Of a DNA stretch of 64,000 nucleotides, positions 51,200 through 63,728 are shown piece after piece. Every line of letters begins with the position of its first letter. The stretch's first letter is position 1. This DNA comes from Scyliorhinus canicula (lineage: Eukaryota). Under the pieces are notes generated by a model. The model was not told the origin of the DNA. It was given only the letters and a program-made list of their open reading frames with translations, and searched no databases. A program made the translations under genes and the position numbers. Location: the NCBI RefSeq assembly GCF_902713615.1, contig NC_052152.1, positions 166,406,712 through 166,470,711 on the forward strand. The letters are read 5' to 3'.

Positions 51200-51472
51200 G
51201 GGCTGGTTTAGCTCAGTGGGCTAAATAGCTGGCTTGTAATGCAGAACAATGCCGACCGCGGCAGGACTCGAACCTGCAACCTTCTGATATCATTACTAAG
51301 ATTCACCGAAGTCAGATGCCTTATCCATTAGGCCACGTGACCACCGGCTTGCAGAACAATGCCAGCAGCACGAATTCAATTCTCCCCGAACAGGCGCCGG
51401 AATGTGGCGACTAGGGGCTTTTCACAGTAACTTCATTGAAGCCTACTTGTGACATTAAGCGATTATTATTAC
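51200..51472 (+). mobile_element. Short tRNA-derived SINE interrupted by a tRNA copy
   Basis: GGGCTGGTTTAGCTCAGTGG head, shared tail, (ATT)n end. Confidence 0.85.
51253..51342 (-). tRNA. tRNA-Arg(TCG) pseudogene with 17-nt intron
   Basis: GGTCACGTGGCCTAATGGATAAGGCATCTGACTTCGG[TGAATCTTAGTAATGAT]ATCAGAAGGTTGCAGGTTCGAGTCCTGCCGCGGTCG; 73 nt plus an intron after position 37; A5-C68 acceptor-stem mismatch. Confidence 0.9.
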
Positions 51473-52125
51473 TATATTCGCTGATCTTGGCAAGACCCTA
51501 AGAAAATACTATAGGAGACGATCAGCCAATGTTTCTAATTCCGATTCCGATATTGCAAACGCTTTGAAAGTATTGTGTATGGGCACTGAGTCAGGACAAT
51601 ATTGGACTTGGTTTTAATAATCATTATGATTGAATAGCCTAAAGGCAATTGTTGTTAAGGACCAGGTTAAATAATGACCAATTGGTGAGCTGCTGCATGT
51701 GGGACTGTACTAGTACGTTCTTGAGGAAAGTTGGAAATGGAAAGAAGAGAAGTACATCAATTAATGGTATTTCTGCCACTTTTGTGCTGCTAGTGAGGGA
51801 GACAATCAATGCTAGAATGGCAGCATTTTTCCTGTGATTCTCCAGCCCACCTTTTGTGTGAACATGGCTCCCCAGTGGGAGCCTAGGATTGCAGAATTAA
51901 CCCTAGCTCTAAAGAGTCAAGGGCAAATTGCCAAGAGGGTGAAGCTACCTTTCACATAATATTGTACGAATACCAACTGCTTTTTATAAAACTAATATTT
52001 TGGGATGCCTAAAATGCATTTGCATGGAGGCCTGATGCCTGTTCCAGGTAACAGTTTGCATGTCTGTATAATCTGTGCAAGATGTGTAAAAGACTGACCT
52101 GTCAGCAGTTTAGGCCTATACTCTG

Positions 52126-52468
52126 TAGAACATAGAACAGTACAGCACAGAACAGGCCCTTCGGCCCTCAATGTTGTGCCGAGCAATGATCACCCTTCTC
52201 AAACCCACGTATCCACCCTATACCCGTAACCCAACAACCCCCCCTTAACCTTACTTTTATTAGGACACTACGGGCAATTTAGCATGGCCAATCCACCTAA
52301 CCCGCACATCTTTGGACTGTGGGAGGAAACCGGAGCACCCGGAGGAAACCCACGCACACAGGGGGAGGACGTGCAGACTCCACACAGACAGTGACCCAGC
52401 CGGGAATCGAACCTGGGACCCTGGAGCTGTGAAGCATTTATGCTAACCACCATGCTACCCTGCTGCCC
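52126..52468 (-). mobile_element. HE1 SINE
   Basis: Nearly identical to 15914-16260. Confidence 0.9.
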
Positions 52469-52865
52469 CGAGTTTAGAAGAATGAGGGGAGATCAAATTG
52501 AGGTAAATAAGTTGATAAAGTAAATGTGGAGCGGATGCTTCCTCTTGTGGGGCATTCTGGAAGAGACGTCATAGTCACAGGATAAGAGGTAGCAAATTCA
52601 AAACACAAATGAGGAGAAACGACTTCACCCAACGGGTTGTGAATCTGTGGAATTCGTTATCCTTGAGTGTGGTGGATGCTGGGACAGTGAGTAAATTTAA
52701 GGAGGAGTTAGACCGATATTTAATTAGTAATGGGGTGAAGGGTTACAGAGAATGGACAGAACGGTTGAGTTGAGGCCACGATGAGATCAGCCATGATCGT
52801 ATTGAACAGTGGAACAGACTTGAGAGGCTAAATTGTCTACTTCTGCTCCTACTTCTTATGTTCCA
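52469..52865 (+). mobile_element. CR1 3' end fragment
   Basis: RRMRGDQIEVNKL...FTQRVVNLWN; CTCCTACTTCTTATGTTC end. Confidence 0.75.
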
Positions 52866-53036
52866 TGAAATAATTATTCTGCCTAATTCTACCTTCCAGC
52901 TTTTGGTTTGTAGTCCTGTAGGTAACAGCACCTCAAGCACAAATCTGGTGTTCTTGATTAATAAGGAGATTTCTTAATTAATAAGGGAATCAGTGGTTAA
53001 GGGGAATAGGCAGGAGAATGGGGATGCGGCACATAT

Positions 53037-53227
53037 GAAATGAAAAAATGAAATGAAAATCGCTTATTGTCACGAATAGGCTTCAATGAAGTTACTGTGA
53101 AAAGCCCCTAGTTGCCACATTCCGGCGCCTGTCCGGGGAGGCTGGTACGGGAATCGAACTGTGCTGCTGGCCTGCTTGGTCTGCTTTAAAAGCCAGCGAT
53201 TTAGCCCAGTAAACGAAACCAGCCCCT
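53037..53227 (-). mobile_element. Short tRNA-derived SINE within a CR1 tail
   Basis: Reverse complement of 27967-28146 with (AAATG)n. Confidence 0.85.
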
Positions 53228-54961
53228 GATCGAATTGTGGAGCAGAATCGATGTGCCGAATGGCCTAATTCTGCTCCCATATCTTATGGTCAATGAATAG
53301 AGGCTCCAATGATCTTATGATCTGAGCAATTCCTTTTTTCTTATTTATCTATCCACAGAATGTGGGTATTCCTGACGAGGCCAATACGTGTTATCCATCC
53401 TTAATTGTTCTTGGGAAGTTGGTGGTGAGCTGCCACTCTGAACCATTGCAGTTTCTATGGTGAAAATACCAATAGCCTGTACTCCAAAGTAGGAGTGTTC
53501 TTTTTCACTGGACTTCTGCTGTCAAAGACACATAAATTTTTTATCGCTTAACACTTCACTGATGCTCTGGTTTTTAGTCTTGTAGGACAAAGACGCCCTT
53601 CATGGCAGGTTGTTGAAAAAACTACACAACATATTTTACCTGTAGCTATTTTTACAGTTGAAGCTACTGGTGGACACACTTGCAATGCAGCACTGAGTAT
53701 TCTCTGGGCATAATTTTCTCTATGACGATTTAGTAAAAGGAATATCAATGGAGGGGGAGTCAAACATGTATGTTTGTCTCATAGAACCTCCATTCGGGTT
53801 AATCATCATATTGCCTGTATACAGATTTGGTACTTGTATTTGGCTGTATTATGGCCAATCAAAAGGCATTGACTAACATTAAGACCTCAAAAAACACCTT
53901 TATACGCTCCAAAATGTAACTAGAAGTGCTTTGACAAGTGATGCAGTGGTTATCTGGGCTTGTATGCCTGGGATACAGATAGCCAGGTTTCCCTGCAGCT
54001 AAACAATCCTTCTACCCTGCACAGTTTAGGAGTGAGAACGTATTGCTGTACAAAGATGAAATCCTTGAAACCTGACAGTGTGGCTCTTCAGCTGATTTTT
54101 GAACAAATTGCATCCAGACAGGCAGACTATCAAAAGCTGAAGCCCAATTTACATAAGTTTGTTGCATTTGGGATGTGGATACCACTGGCCAGACCAACAT
54201 TTGTTGTCTATCCCTAATTGAGCTTCAGAAAGTTGTGGCGACTGTTTGTGTTTAATGAGTTCAACTGATGATTGGTGGAAGGGGCTCTGCTGCAGAAGAC
54301 ACTGAAATAGTCACATTGTGTGGTTAGATGGTCACACAGCACTACACTGTGATCAAGTCAGGGATTTATCACTTCCCTGAAAGCTTCCCCACCACTGAGG
54401 TCAGAACAAGGTGTAACATTATAAACTCTCTAGTCCTCTGGAACCACCTCCATGTTTAAGGATGGTTGGAAGATTATGGCAAGTATCCCTACATTTTTCA
54501 TGCATGATTCCCTCTGCATCCCTGGATGAAACCCACCTGATTCTAGTGACTTATCAACTACAACTAGCCTTTCTAATACCCCCCATCTTTGTGCATTTCT
54601 AGCCCATCCAGTATCTCAAACATGTCACTATGGCTGAGACAGCATCCTTATCCGAGGTAAAGAGAGATGGACATTACTCTTTTAGCTCCTCAATTATGTC
54701 TTCTGCTTCCATGTCCTTTTTGATATCTAGTGGATGTCATTCCTCCTCTCAGTACATTTTTTATGCTTTGTGTGCTTATAAAATACTTCAGATTCTTGTG
54801 CTAAGCCCCGGAAAGGCTGTTCTTGATCACATTTATTGCTCCATATCTGCTGCTGTGCCAGATGAACTTATTTGTTCCATGATACACCAATCTTGCCTCC
54901 ATGTGCTACTCTCGGTCTGAAAATAACCATTAATTTTTATTTTTTTTCTTGCTGCATGTAG

Positions 54962-55105
54962 TGGAGACCGAGAAGCTTTGAAAAGAATAGCTTATGAGCT
55001 TGTGCAAATGAAAGCAAGAGAAGGTATTATATATTTCGAAGCAAGATACAGCCCTCATCTTTTTGCCAACTCCAATGTTATTCCCATTCCTTGGAACCAA
55101 AACCC
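54962..55105 (+). CDS. ADA: ADA exon 4, [47 protein letters not shown](P)
   Basis: T-rich tract plus TAG, GTAAGT donor, 144 nt; ADA ExRYSPH motif. Confidence 0.97.
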
Positions 55106-56059
55106 GTAAGTAATCAAAACACATTATCTGAAAATGTCTTGGTAGTAATGTTATTTCAGTACTTTGACAACACTGCTCAACAGTTTTCATTTTCAAATTA
55201 TTATTATTGGTTCAACTGCAAAAGGCTCTTTTGTACTGTAATAAATTACTGACTTAAGTTGAGAGAATGTATTTTTTTATAATTCCTATGACCTCCTATA
55301 CCAAGATGAGATCAGAAAGAGGAGCAACCCCTGCCCAGTACAGGTGAAAGGTCACTGTGAAAGTGCCTACCCTGAATATCAGCAAGTATTTTCGAATACT
55401 GGAATGTCTTGTGCATAGATTACTGGCATCTTTTTATACGGTTGATATGGTGCTATCCCTTTATTTTGGAGGTTCAGGCAATGGTATAAATATGACCAGG
55501 AAGGCTTTGAGCAACGATTGTAAGTGAATATATAACTGTTTGTTTACATGGGACAATGTATTGCTGGGAATGGCTCAGTCGTCCAGCTGGTTGGTTTCAA
55601 AAATACATGCCTCTAATTTATCCACTCGTTTAAAGACCCACTCCATTCTCCCTGAATTGTTCCCCGCAGTATTTGCTAACAATCCTTTTCTGGCAATCTG
55701 TCCATACACTACATTCTGCATAATGTAGTTAAATATAAACAGTCTGCATTATCCCTCTTCTGCGCTTGAGCTGGGACCCCTGATTCTAGGATTGAAGGCA
55801 TTCTCAAACATGGCTTTGGTGTTCAGTCTATCTAATCTCTTAAAGGTCTTGAATTCTTGAGCAATACATCTGTATTTTCTTTCCTTTGGAGTAAACAATC
55901 CATGGCTCTCGGATATTCGATGTTTCCTCGTCACTAAGACACCTAAAACTAGGTATCTCCCTGCAAACCTGGTCTGCAAATATGCTTTTCCTCAGTCTTC
56001 TTTGTAGTCCAGCAATCCACATACTAGCACATTGTACAAAATCTGTCCCCTCCTAAGAT

Positions 56060-56860
56060 TTTTGCTCTAAGCTTTGTACAGCAACAGGTAAGGGATGTGC
56101 TGTGGGTTTGAATGCATTACAGGCAGACATAGACAACAAAATTCATAATCGCCTTCAATGTGCCAGTTCAACCTTTGGCTGATTGAAAAGCAGATTTGAG
56201 GACCAAAATCTTGACCATGAGACTCAAGGTCAAGGTTTGCTGGGTAGCAATGAGCTCCAAAGCTCCTATATACTTGGAGACTCGGAAACTTGCAGCAGGC
56301 ACCTCAAAGCACTGGAGAAGTACCGCTAGTGATATTCTCACAAGATCCTCCAAATCCTGTGCCAAGAAAAATGATCCAACAGCAGCATTCTCTCCCACGT
56401 CAACTTGCCCAGCATAGAGGTGCTAATCATGCAAAACCAGCCCCTCTGGGTATGCCATTCATATGCCTGACACCAGATTCCTGGAGCAACTGCTCCACTT
56501 GGAACTTAGTCATGGGAGGAGACTCCCAGGAGGACAGAAGAAACACGTTGGGGATGTTCTCAAAGCATCACTGAAGAGCTCAAATATCTCTGCTGACACA
56601 GGTGTGATTCTGGCTGGTGACTAGCCAAAATGGAGAAGGCTCATCAGGAAAGGGACTAAACACATTGTGAGGCTTCAGGAGTGCGCAAGAAATAAAGTTG
56701 AGGCTTCGGAGGGAGCGCACAAACCTTCAGTCGTTACATCTATCAAAACACCACCTGCTCTGAATGTGGTGGAGTCGGCATGTCGTACATTGAGCTAATC
56801 AGCCATCTCTGAACCCATTGAACCAAAGTAGAAGTCAGTCATCCTCAATCCTGAACCAAG
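56060..56860 (+). mobile_element. Decayed RTE-clade LINE 3' fragment
   Basis: RHLKALEKY...KILQI-type segment and terminal C2H2-like remnant (CSECG...SHL*TH). Confidence 0.6.
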
Positions 56861-58109
56861 AGGCACCAGTAATCCAGATCTCCCTCCTGTCTTGACCTAC
56901 AGCTCCGAGCTACATTGTTGATATTGTCTCTACTTACTTAATTTTCCTCGTATTTGTTGATGATAAATTACACATATTTTTCTTTGGCAGACATCTTTGT
57001 GTGTAATTAGTTTGCTCTTCCCTCTTAGGAGCCTCAAAACTGGAACTTTTATTGTTCACTATTTCTTCAAAAGAAAACCAGTAAAGTTGCTGCGCGCAAC
57101 TTCTCCATAAATTCACACTGACTCCCTGTTTGATAACATCAATGTAGGTGTTTCATTAGTACCTCTGCCTCATAGTATTTACTCACAACTGACAGAACAC
57201 TGACTGGCAAATAGTTTCTTGGGTCAATCTGTGATAAAAGTTGAGAAGTTTTCCATGCTATAATAGTTCCATGGTTTTGGCACATAAAGGTTTCAGATAA
57301 GGAATCTTGTAAAGATTAGTTCTTGTGACACATGACTGCTTTGAATCAAGAGAAATATCATGTGGCCATTAGCCATGTGCTTTGATACTTGCAATCCTTT
57401 AGACAATTAAACAACTCACTGGAGGAGGAGGCTCCACAAATATCCCCATCTTCAGTGATGGAGGATCCCAACACATATGTGCAAAGGACAAGCTGAGGCA
57501 GTCACACCAATCTTCAGCCAGAAGTGCCGGGTGGATGATTCAACTCTGTCTCCTCCGGAGGTACCCAGCATCATAGATGTCCGTCTTCAGCCAATACGAT
57601 TCACTCCACGTGATATCAAGAAACAGCTGAAGGCACTGGATACTGCAACGGTTATGGGCCCTGACAATATTCCGGAATTAGTACTGAGGACTTATGCTCC
57701 AGACCCTGCTGCACCCCTAGCCAAGCTGTTCCAATAGAGCTAAAACATTGGCATCCACCCAACAATGTGGAAAATTTCCCAGGTATGTCCTGTACACAAA
57801 CAGAACAAATGCAACCCAGCCACATACCGCCCTATCAGTCTGCTGTCCATCATCGGCAAAGTGATGGAAGGAGTCATCAACAGTGCTGTCAGGTGAAGCT
57901 CACGGAGATGCTCAGTTTGAGTCCCGCCAGGGTCACTCAGCTCCTGACCTCATTCAGTCCTGGTTCAAGCATGGACAAAAGAGCTGAATGCCAGAGGTGA
58001 GGTGGGAATGACCGCCCTTAACATCAAAGCAGCATTTGACCGAGTATGGCATTAAGGAGCCCAGTTAAACCTGAGTCAATGGGAATCGTGGGTGAAAACT
58101 CTCCACTCG

Positions 58110-58341
58110 TATCTTTTTTTTAAAATAAATTTAGAGTACCCAATTCATTTTTTCCAATTAAGGGGCAATTTAGCGTGGCCAATCCACCTAGCCTGCACAT
58201 CTTTGGGTTGTGGGGGCGAAACCCACGCAAACATGGGGAGAATGTGCAAACTCCACACGGACATTGACCCAGAGCCAGGATCGAACCTGGGACCTCGGCG
58301 CCATGAGGCTGCAGGGCTAATCCACTGCGCCACCGTGCTGC
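58110..58341 (-). mobile_element. HE1-like SINE, short variant
   Basis: Reverse complement of the 5943-6160 type. Confidence 0.85.
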
Positions 58342-58747
58342 GCATTGGAGTCATATCTGGCACAAAGGAAGATAGTTGTGGTGGTTGGAGGTCAATTATC
58401 TCAGCTCCAGGACATCACTGCAAGAGTTCTTCAGGGTAGTGTCCCAGGCCCAATCATCATCATCTGCTCCATCAATTATCTCCCTTCCATCATAAGGTCA
58501 GAAATGGGAATGTTTGCGGAGGGAGATGTTCACATATGACTGCACATATGACTGCACAATGTTCAGCAGCACAAGTCAGGAGTGTAATGAAATGCTCTCC
58601 TCTTGCCTGGATGAGTGCAGCACCAACAACACGAAAGAAACTCGACACCATCCAGGACAAAGCAACCCGCTTGATCGCTCCCCTTTCCACAAAAATTTTA
58701 ACACTCTACCACCGACGAGCAGTGGCAGCCATGTGTACCATCTATAA

Positions 58748-59127
58748 CAGGGGTGGGCAAACTACGGCCCGCGGGCTGCATGCGGCCCGCCAAAGGTCTT
58801 TATGCGGCCCACCAAGTCATTAAAAAAAAAAAAATTTCTAATTTTTAAAAAAAAAATTTTTATTATTTTTTTTAAGGTTAATGGGGGGGAGCTGTTGGGT
58901 TACTTACTGGTATAGGGTGGATACGTTGACTTGAGTAGGGTGATCATTGCTCGGCACAACGTCGAGGGCCGAAGGGCCTGTTCTGTGCTGTACTGTTCTA
59001 TGTTCTATATGAGGCGCCCAGAATCATAACCGGGTGAAGTAATTATTTTACTTAATATACTATGCGGCCCTTTAAAATTGTGAATTTCTGAATGTGGCCC
59101 TTGCACGGAAAAGTTTGCCCACCCCTG
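58748..59127. mobile_element. Non-autonomous hAT MITE
   Basis: Perfect 16-bp TIR CAGGGGTGGGCAAACT, 8-bp TSD ATCTATAA, GCGGCCC subterminal repeats. Confidence 0.93.
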
Positions 59128-60339
59128 ATCTATAAGATGCAGTGCAGTAACTCACAAAGGTTCCGTAGACAGCACCTTCCACACCCACGCCCGCTACGAT
59201 CTAGAAGGACAAGAGCAGCAGATACCTCGGAACCCCACCACCTGGAGGTTCTCCTCCAGTCACTTGCCACCCTGACTTGGAAAAATATCGCCTTTCTTTC
59301 ATTGTCGCTGGGACAAATCCTGTAACTCCCTCTCTAACAGCACTATCGGCGTACCTACAACTCTGGGACTGCAGTGGTTCAAGAAGGCAACTCACCACCA
59401 CTTTTTGAAGGGCAATTGGGGATGGGCAATAAATGCTGGCCGAACCTGCGAGGGCCACATCCCATAAATTAATTTTTTAAAAGGCCAAGGCCATTGTGAT
59501 CCAAAATACTATTGATAACATGACAATTTGACTGTTACAGCCAGAGTGTCTATCTGAAAAAGAGATTTAATGTTTATCCAATGAAGTTACAAGCAACAGC
59601 ATGTATGAGTGTATTTTCTCCTGACAATTTGTTACAAGTCCTGAGTGTCATAGGCTGTTCAGCGCCATGTAAATTATATTAAAAAACCATCTTGAATAGT
59701 GGTGTTAATTGAAACTTATGTGCAGATTGGAGATATGAGTCAAACCTTTTGGACAGGGTCAGTGATTAACCTATGCTGCTTTGATGGGCATCTCCATTAC
59801 CAGAAGTATTTTGTGTTGTCATATTCGGTATTGCAGACATCAATTAGCCTGAAGCTAACATTCTGTGGTAATGTTTCACCACATCAGAAATGAACATCTA
59901 CCTTCAATGATCAATTTTAAGTTTGAAATAGCTTAAGAAAATTATCTTTGGTTTTGATTTTGCTAAGAGTGTACATTTGCTGTTTTTGAGGACGCCATTG
60001 GAGAATTTGCAGAGCACATTTATGAGAAGGGTACCAGAGATGAGGTACTTCAGTTATATGGAGAGACTAGAAAAGCTGGAGTTATTCACATTGTAGAATA
60101 GAGGGGATTAAGTTGAGGTCTAATTGAGGTGTTCAAAATCGGAGGCTTTTAATATAATATAATATAATAGATGGGGGGGCAAGCGGTTTCCACTGGCTGG
60201 CAGGCCAATAACCAGAGGGGACTCGTTTCAGAGGTGGTGAATGGGAAGAGGCATTTTTTAAATTCAGCGAGTGACAACTTGTACTGGGGTACCTGAAAGG
60301 AGGGTGGTGGTGGTTTATTGAATAATACAGTCACATGCC

Positions 60340-60530
60340 ACACAGTCACACAGGACTTGAATGGTGCTGAAAAGATAGACACCTTGCTGAAGCTTTTCAC
60401 CTTGCACTCATCAGACCCAAGAATGCTAAATTTCAAATGATCGCAACAATCTGCATCATGTGAGAAAGGAGTGCTGATTGTTTGGCAATTTGACTGACTG
60501 GCTGAGGCAATACCATGGGAAAAGGAACAA
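60340..60530 (-). repeat. Probable Penelope-related repeat with decayed hammerhead core
   Basis: Minus strand reads CTGATGA-GTGCAAGGT-GAAA-AGCT-TC. Confidence 0.5.
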
Positions 60531-60540
60531 GAAACTCTTG

Positions 60541-62285
60541 GGTCGCAATTCTCCTGAATAAAATCAGAGTGCTGTTACCAGTGAACGCCCCCTGCAGCTC
60601 TGATTATCCAGCCAAGAGGATGGCTGCAAGAAGAGCTGTCTCAAGATTCCTAGATGCAGACCTTGACTGCATGTTGGATTCCGTGAAGGAGAGGCTCGCC
60701 ACCCTATTCAGAGGGTTGGCAGAAGACTACCAGCCAGCTCCATGAACTGTGCCTGGGAAGAGGTGGCAGAGGCTGAGTGCCAGCAGCCTCACCTGGAGGA
60801 CTGGCATCCAATGCTGGAAGAAGATGAATAACCTACTTTGAGCTGCAAGGGGGAGCACCCACCTGCCTGCCCCTGCATCACTCCCATCCCCAAACCCTGG
60901 TATCTCACCATTAACCCCCTCAATGCCACCACACAGGGCTCCCAGCACCCAGCCTCCCAGCATCTTCCTCAGAACCCCCCTCCCCACAACAATCCCTTTC
61001 ACAAATCCTCCTTGGCTAGGTGCAATGCCCACACATGTCACATGCTACCAATCCCCAATATCCGCCAGTGGCTGCTTCACGATGTCCCTGCAGGAGAGGA
61101 TAGCCCACAGCAGGAGGAATGAGGAAAAAATGGGCAGGAGGATGCCTGAGTCTTGACTCCCTATGAGGAGAGGGCAATAGACATCGCAGGGGGGGGGGGG
61201 GGGGGGGGCAGATTGAGAAGTGGCAGATAGAAAGGTCTGCTTGGCCAAAGAATTAAGAGTCTAATGCAACTTCATCCAGATGACTAGTCTCAAGTGCGTC
61301 TCTCATCTCCCACACCCGTATTATTCTTAAAGGCTGACCCCGTGTCCTTTGTCTTCCAGGATATATGACAGATGCACAAAAACAAAGGACACATGATGAT
61401 AGATACACAATGTAAATACATAGACATAGATATTGGATGAAGCATACGGAGTGCAGTGCTGCACAGTTGAGAAGATGTGTGGATAGATCAGTACAGACCA
61501 CAAGAGAGCCATTCAGGAATCTGGTAGTAGTGGGGAAGAAGCTGTTTTTGAATCCGTTAATGCGTATGTGTGTTCTCATACTTTTGTATCTTCTGCCTGA
61601 TGGAAGAGGTTGGAAGAGAGAATTCTTTCTCCCCCACCAGCCAACCTCTCATCCTCGGGTGACCCTCAAAGGCTCCGGTTATTTCAGAGTGTCCAGGATG
61701 TAAGTGTCATGCACATTCCCAGGAGAGCCTTCACAGGTGCATGATGGTCACCCAGTTGTCGCAGACAATCTGAATGTTTTGGGAGTGGAACCCATTACTG
61801 TTGATGAAGGGCAGCCTCTTGTCGAGATGGTGCTCCAAGGGTGACATGGGTGCTATCAATTTGCCCCAGGACCTAGAGCATGGCGAGAAACTTGCCCGGG
61901 CATTGTGATGAGCCTGGTCCAGGTGAAAGGTGATGTAGTTTAATGCCCAGGGCATCTGTCACATCCCGGTTGCACCTGTGCGCTGTTATCTGTGAAACCC
62001 TGCACAGGGCCCCACTCAAGCCTTGTAAGGAGCTTGAGGCAAAAAGATTCAGGGCAGCCGTGACCTTCATGGCTACTGGGAGCAGGTGCTCTCCTCTTCC
62101 TCTTGGCACCAGGTCTGCAAAGACTTGGCACCGACGCCGCAATATCTCCCTGTGTAATCAGAGTCTTCAGAGGCACATGTCATCTAACAGCTCATTAAAA
62201 GACCAGTGTATCCTGTAGAGACCCGACAATAGCGCTGTCTTCTTTTCCCCTCCTTGGCCTGATGGGCATCCTGGTTTTTAGCCTC
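60541..62285. mobile_element. Relic two-gene Harbinger transposon (Myb/SANT on +, transposase on -)
   Basis: TIR-like GGTCGCAATTCTCC; MAARRAVSRFLDADLDCMLDSV; HARBI1-like LPVAMKVTAALNLFASSS and FINSNGFHSQNIQIVCD. Confidence 0.78.
61340..61622 (-). mobile_element. Rex1/L2-type LINE 3' end
   Basis: GFKNSFFPTTTRFLN C-terminal motif followed by a UTR. Confidence 0.65.
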
Positions 62286-62287
62286 TC

Positions 62288-62622
62288 TTAGAATCATAGA
62301 ATTTACAGTGCAGAAGGAGGCCATTCGGCCAAGTGAGTCTGCACTGGCTCTTGGAAAGAGCACCCTACTTAAGCCCACACCTCAATACTATCCCCTTAAT
62401 CTAGTAACCCCATCTCAGCTTTTTGGACACGAAGGGCAATTTATCATGGCCAGTCCACCTAACCTGCACATCTTTGGACTGTGGGAGGAAACCGGAACAT
62501 CCGGAGGAAACCCACGCAGACACTGGGAGAACATGCTGACTCCACACAGACAGTGACCCAAGCCAGGAATTGAACCGGGGACCCTGGAGCTGTGAAGCAA
62601 CAGTGCTAACCATTGTGCTGGC
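62288..62622 (-). mobile_element. HE1 SINE
   Basis: Same subfamily as 37483-37855. Confidence 0.88.
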
Positions 62623-62624
62623 CC

Positions 62625-63120
62625 CAGAGGAAGGCCGCCTTGGAGAACGCTTACCCGGAGATCAGAGTGTAAGCGTTCTCCAAGACGGCCTTCAGGACGT
62701 GCGACAATGCAGAATCGCCAAACAGAAACTTATAGCCAAGTTCCGCACACATGATTGCGGCCTCAACCGGGACCTGGGATTCATGTCGCATTACATTCAT
62801 CCCCCAGCATCTGGTCTGGGCTTCCGAAATCCTACCAACCATCCTGGCTTGAGACAATTCACACCTCTTTAACCTGGGGTTACCCCTATCTCTGGATCTG
62901 TAAAGACTTGATTACCTGCAAATGCTCGCTTTTTAAGCATTGTCTGGCACCTTTGAATTTATCTATATATATGTTTCTGGAACATACCTCTTCATTCACC
63001 TGAGGAAGGAGCAGTGCTCCGAAAGCTGGTGTTTGAAACAAACCTGTTGGACTTTAATAACCTGGTGTTGTAAGACTTCTTACTGTGCTCACCCAGTCCA
63101 ACGCCGGCATCTCCACATCA
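62625..63120 (+). mobile_element. Penelope-like element 3' fragment (GIY-YIG C-terminus and pseudo-LTR)
   Basis: QKLIAKFRTHDCGLNRDLGFMSHY; hammerhead-like core at 63000-63031. Confidence 0.85.
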
Positions 63121-63129
63121 TATTTTAAT

Positions 63130-63728
63130 AGAGCCTGGGAATTGAGTTAAAGTAATTGTGAGCAGTTTGCATAGCAATCAAGCCAAAGAAAACTTGCGAG
63201 GTTGGGGTAAAATCTTGGACTGGATTCTGTGTTAAAAGTGGAGCGGAAGCTTTGTTTTAAAGTATCATTTGGAAAACCTGGCCTGGATTTTGGAATGCAG
63301 TCATGAGAGGAGATTTCAAAGTGTGTTTTTAGGAGTGGAGTTTGGAAACTCTTACGTGGTAACACTCTGGGCGGATTCTAAGAGAAAACCACAGAGACTA
63401 ACTTGAGTTCAGAGCAGAATGTCTTTTTCAGCACAGTGCACTTGAAAGGGACTTTTTGTGTTAATGAGACTCATTGTGGTTTGAGATGTATTTTGCAATC
63501 CATGTTATTCTTTAAATCTGTGTATTTGTTAAGCTAAAGGTTGTATTATAATCCAATTTTTTTATCTTTAATAAAAAACATTTTCCTCGTTGTCAAAGCT
63601 CATTCATGGTCCTGTGACTGTTCCTCCACGTTTTATTTTTAAAAAGTAGTATAAATTCCAGTCTTTTGAGCCAGGATTCCATTCTGGGATCATCCTGTCC
63701 AGTTATGACATCAACTGGGATCGTAACA
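63130..63728 (+). repeat. Probable LTR fragment
   Basis: AATAAA at ~63570, terminal hairpin CCAGTT..AACTGG and GTAACA end. Confidence 0.45.

Larger units (their letters stand above)
17115..55105 (+). other. ADA: Adenosine deaminase gene, 5' part (exons 1-4); continues beyond window
   Basis: Four GT-AG exons join in frame (phases 0, 2, 2) to give ADA with the HxHxDG metal-binding motif. Exon 2-4 sizes of 62/123/144 nt match human ADA as I recall it. Confidence 0.96.
57410..59470 (+). mobile_element. Decayed CR1/L2-group LINE hosting a SINE and a hAT MITE
   Basis: KALDTATVMGPDNIP, QGSVPGP; 3' end GGGATGGGCAATAAATGCTGGCC. Confidence 0.8.

Noticed and set aside
4305-62622. SINE heads as tRNA genes; repeated 60-135 aa SINE ORFs as proteins
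   Set aside because: No full cloverleaf; the ORFs are recurrent translations of SINE sequence.
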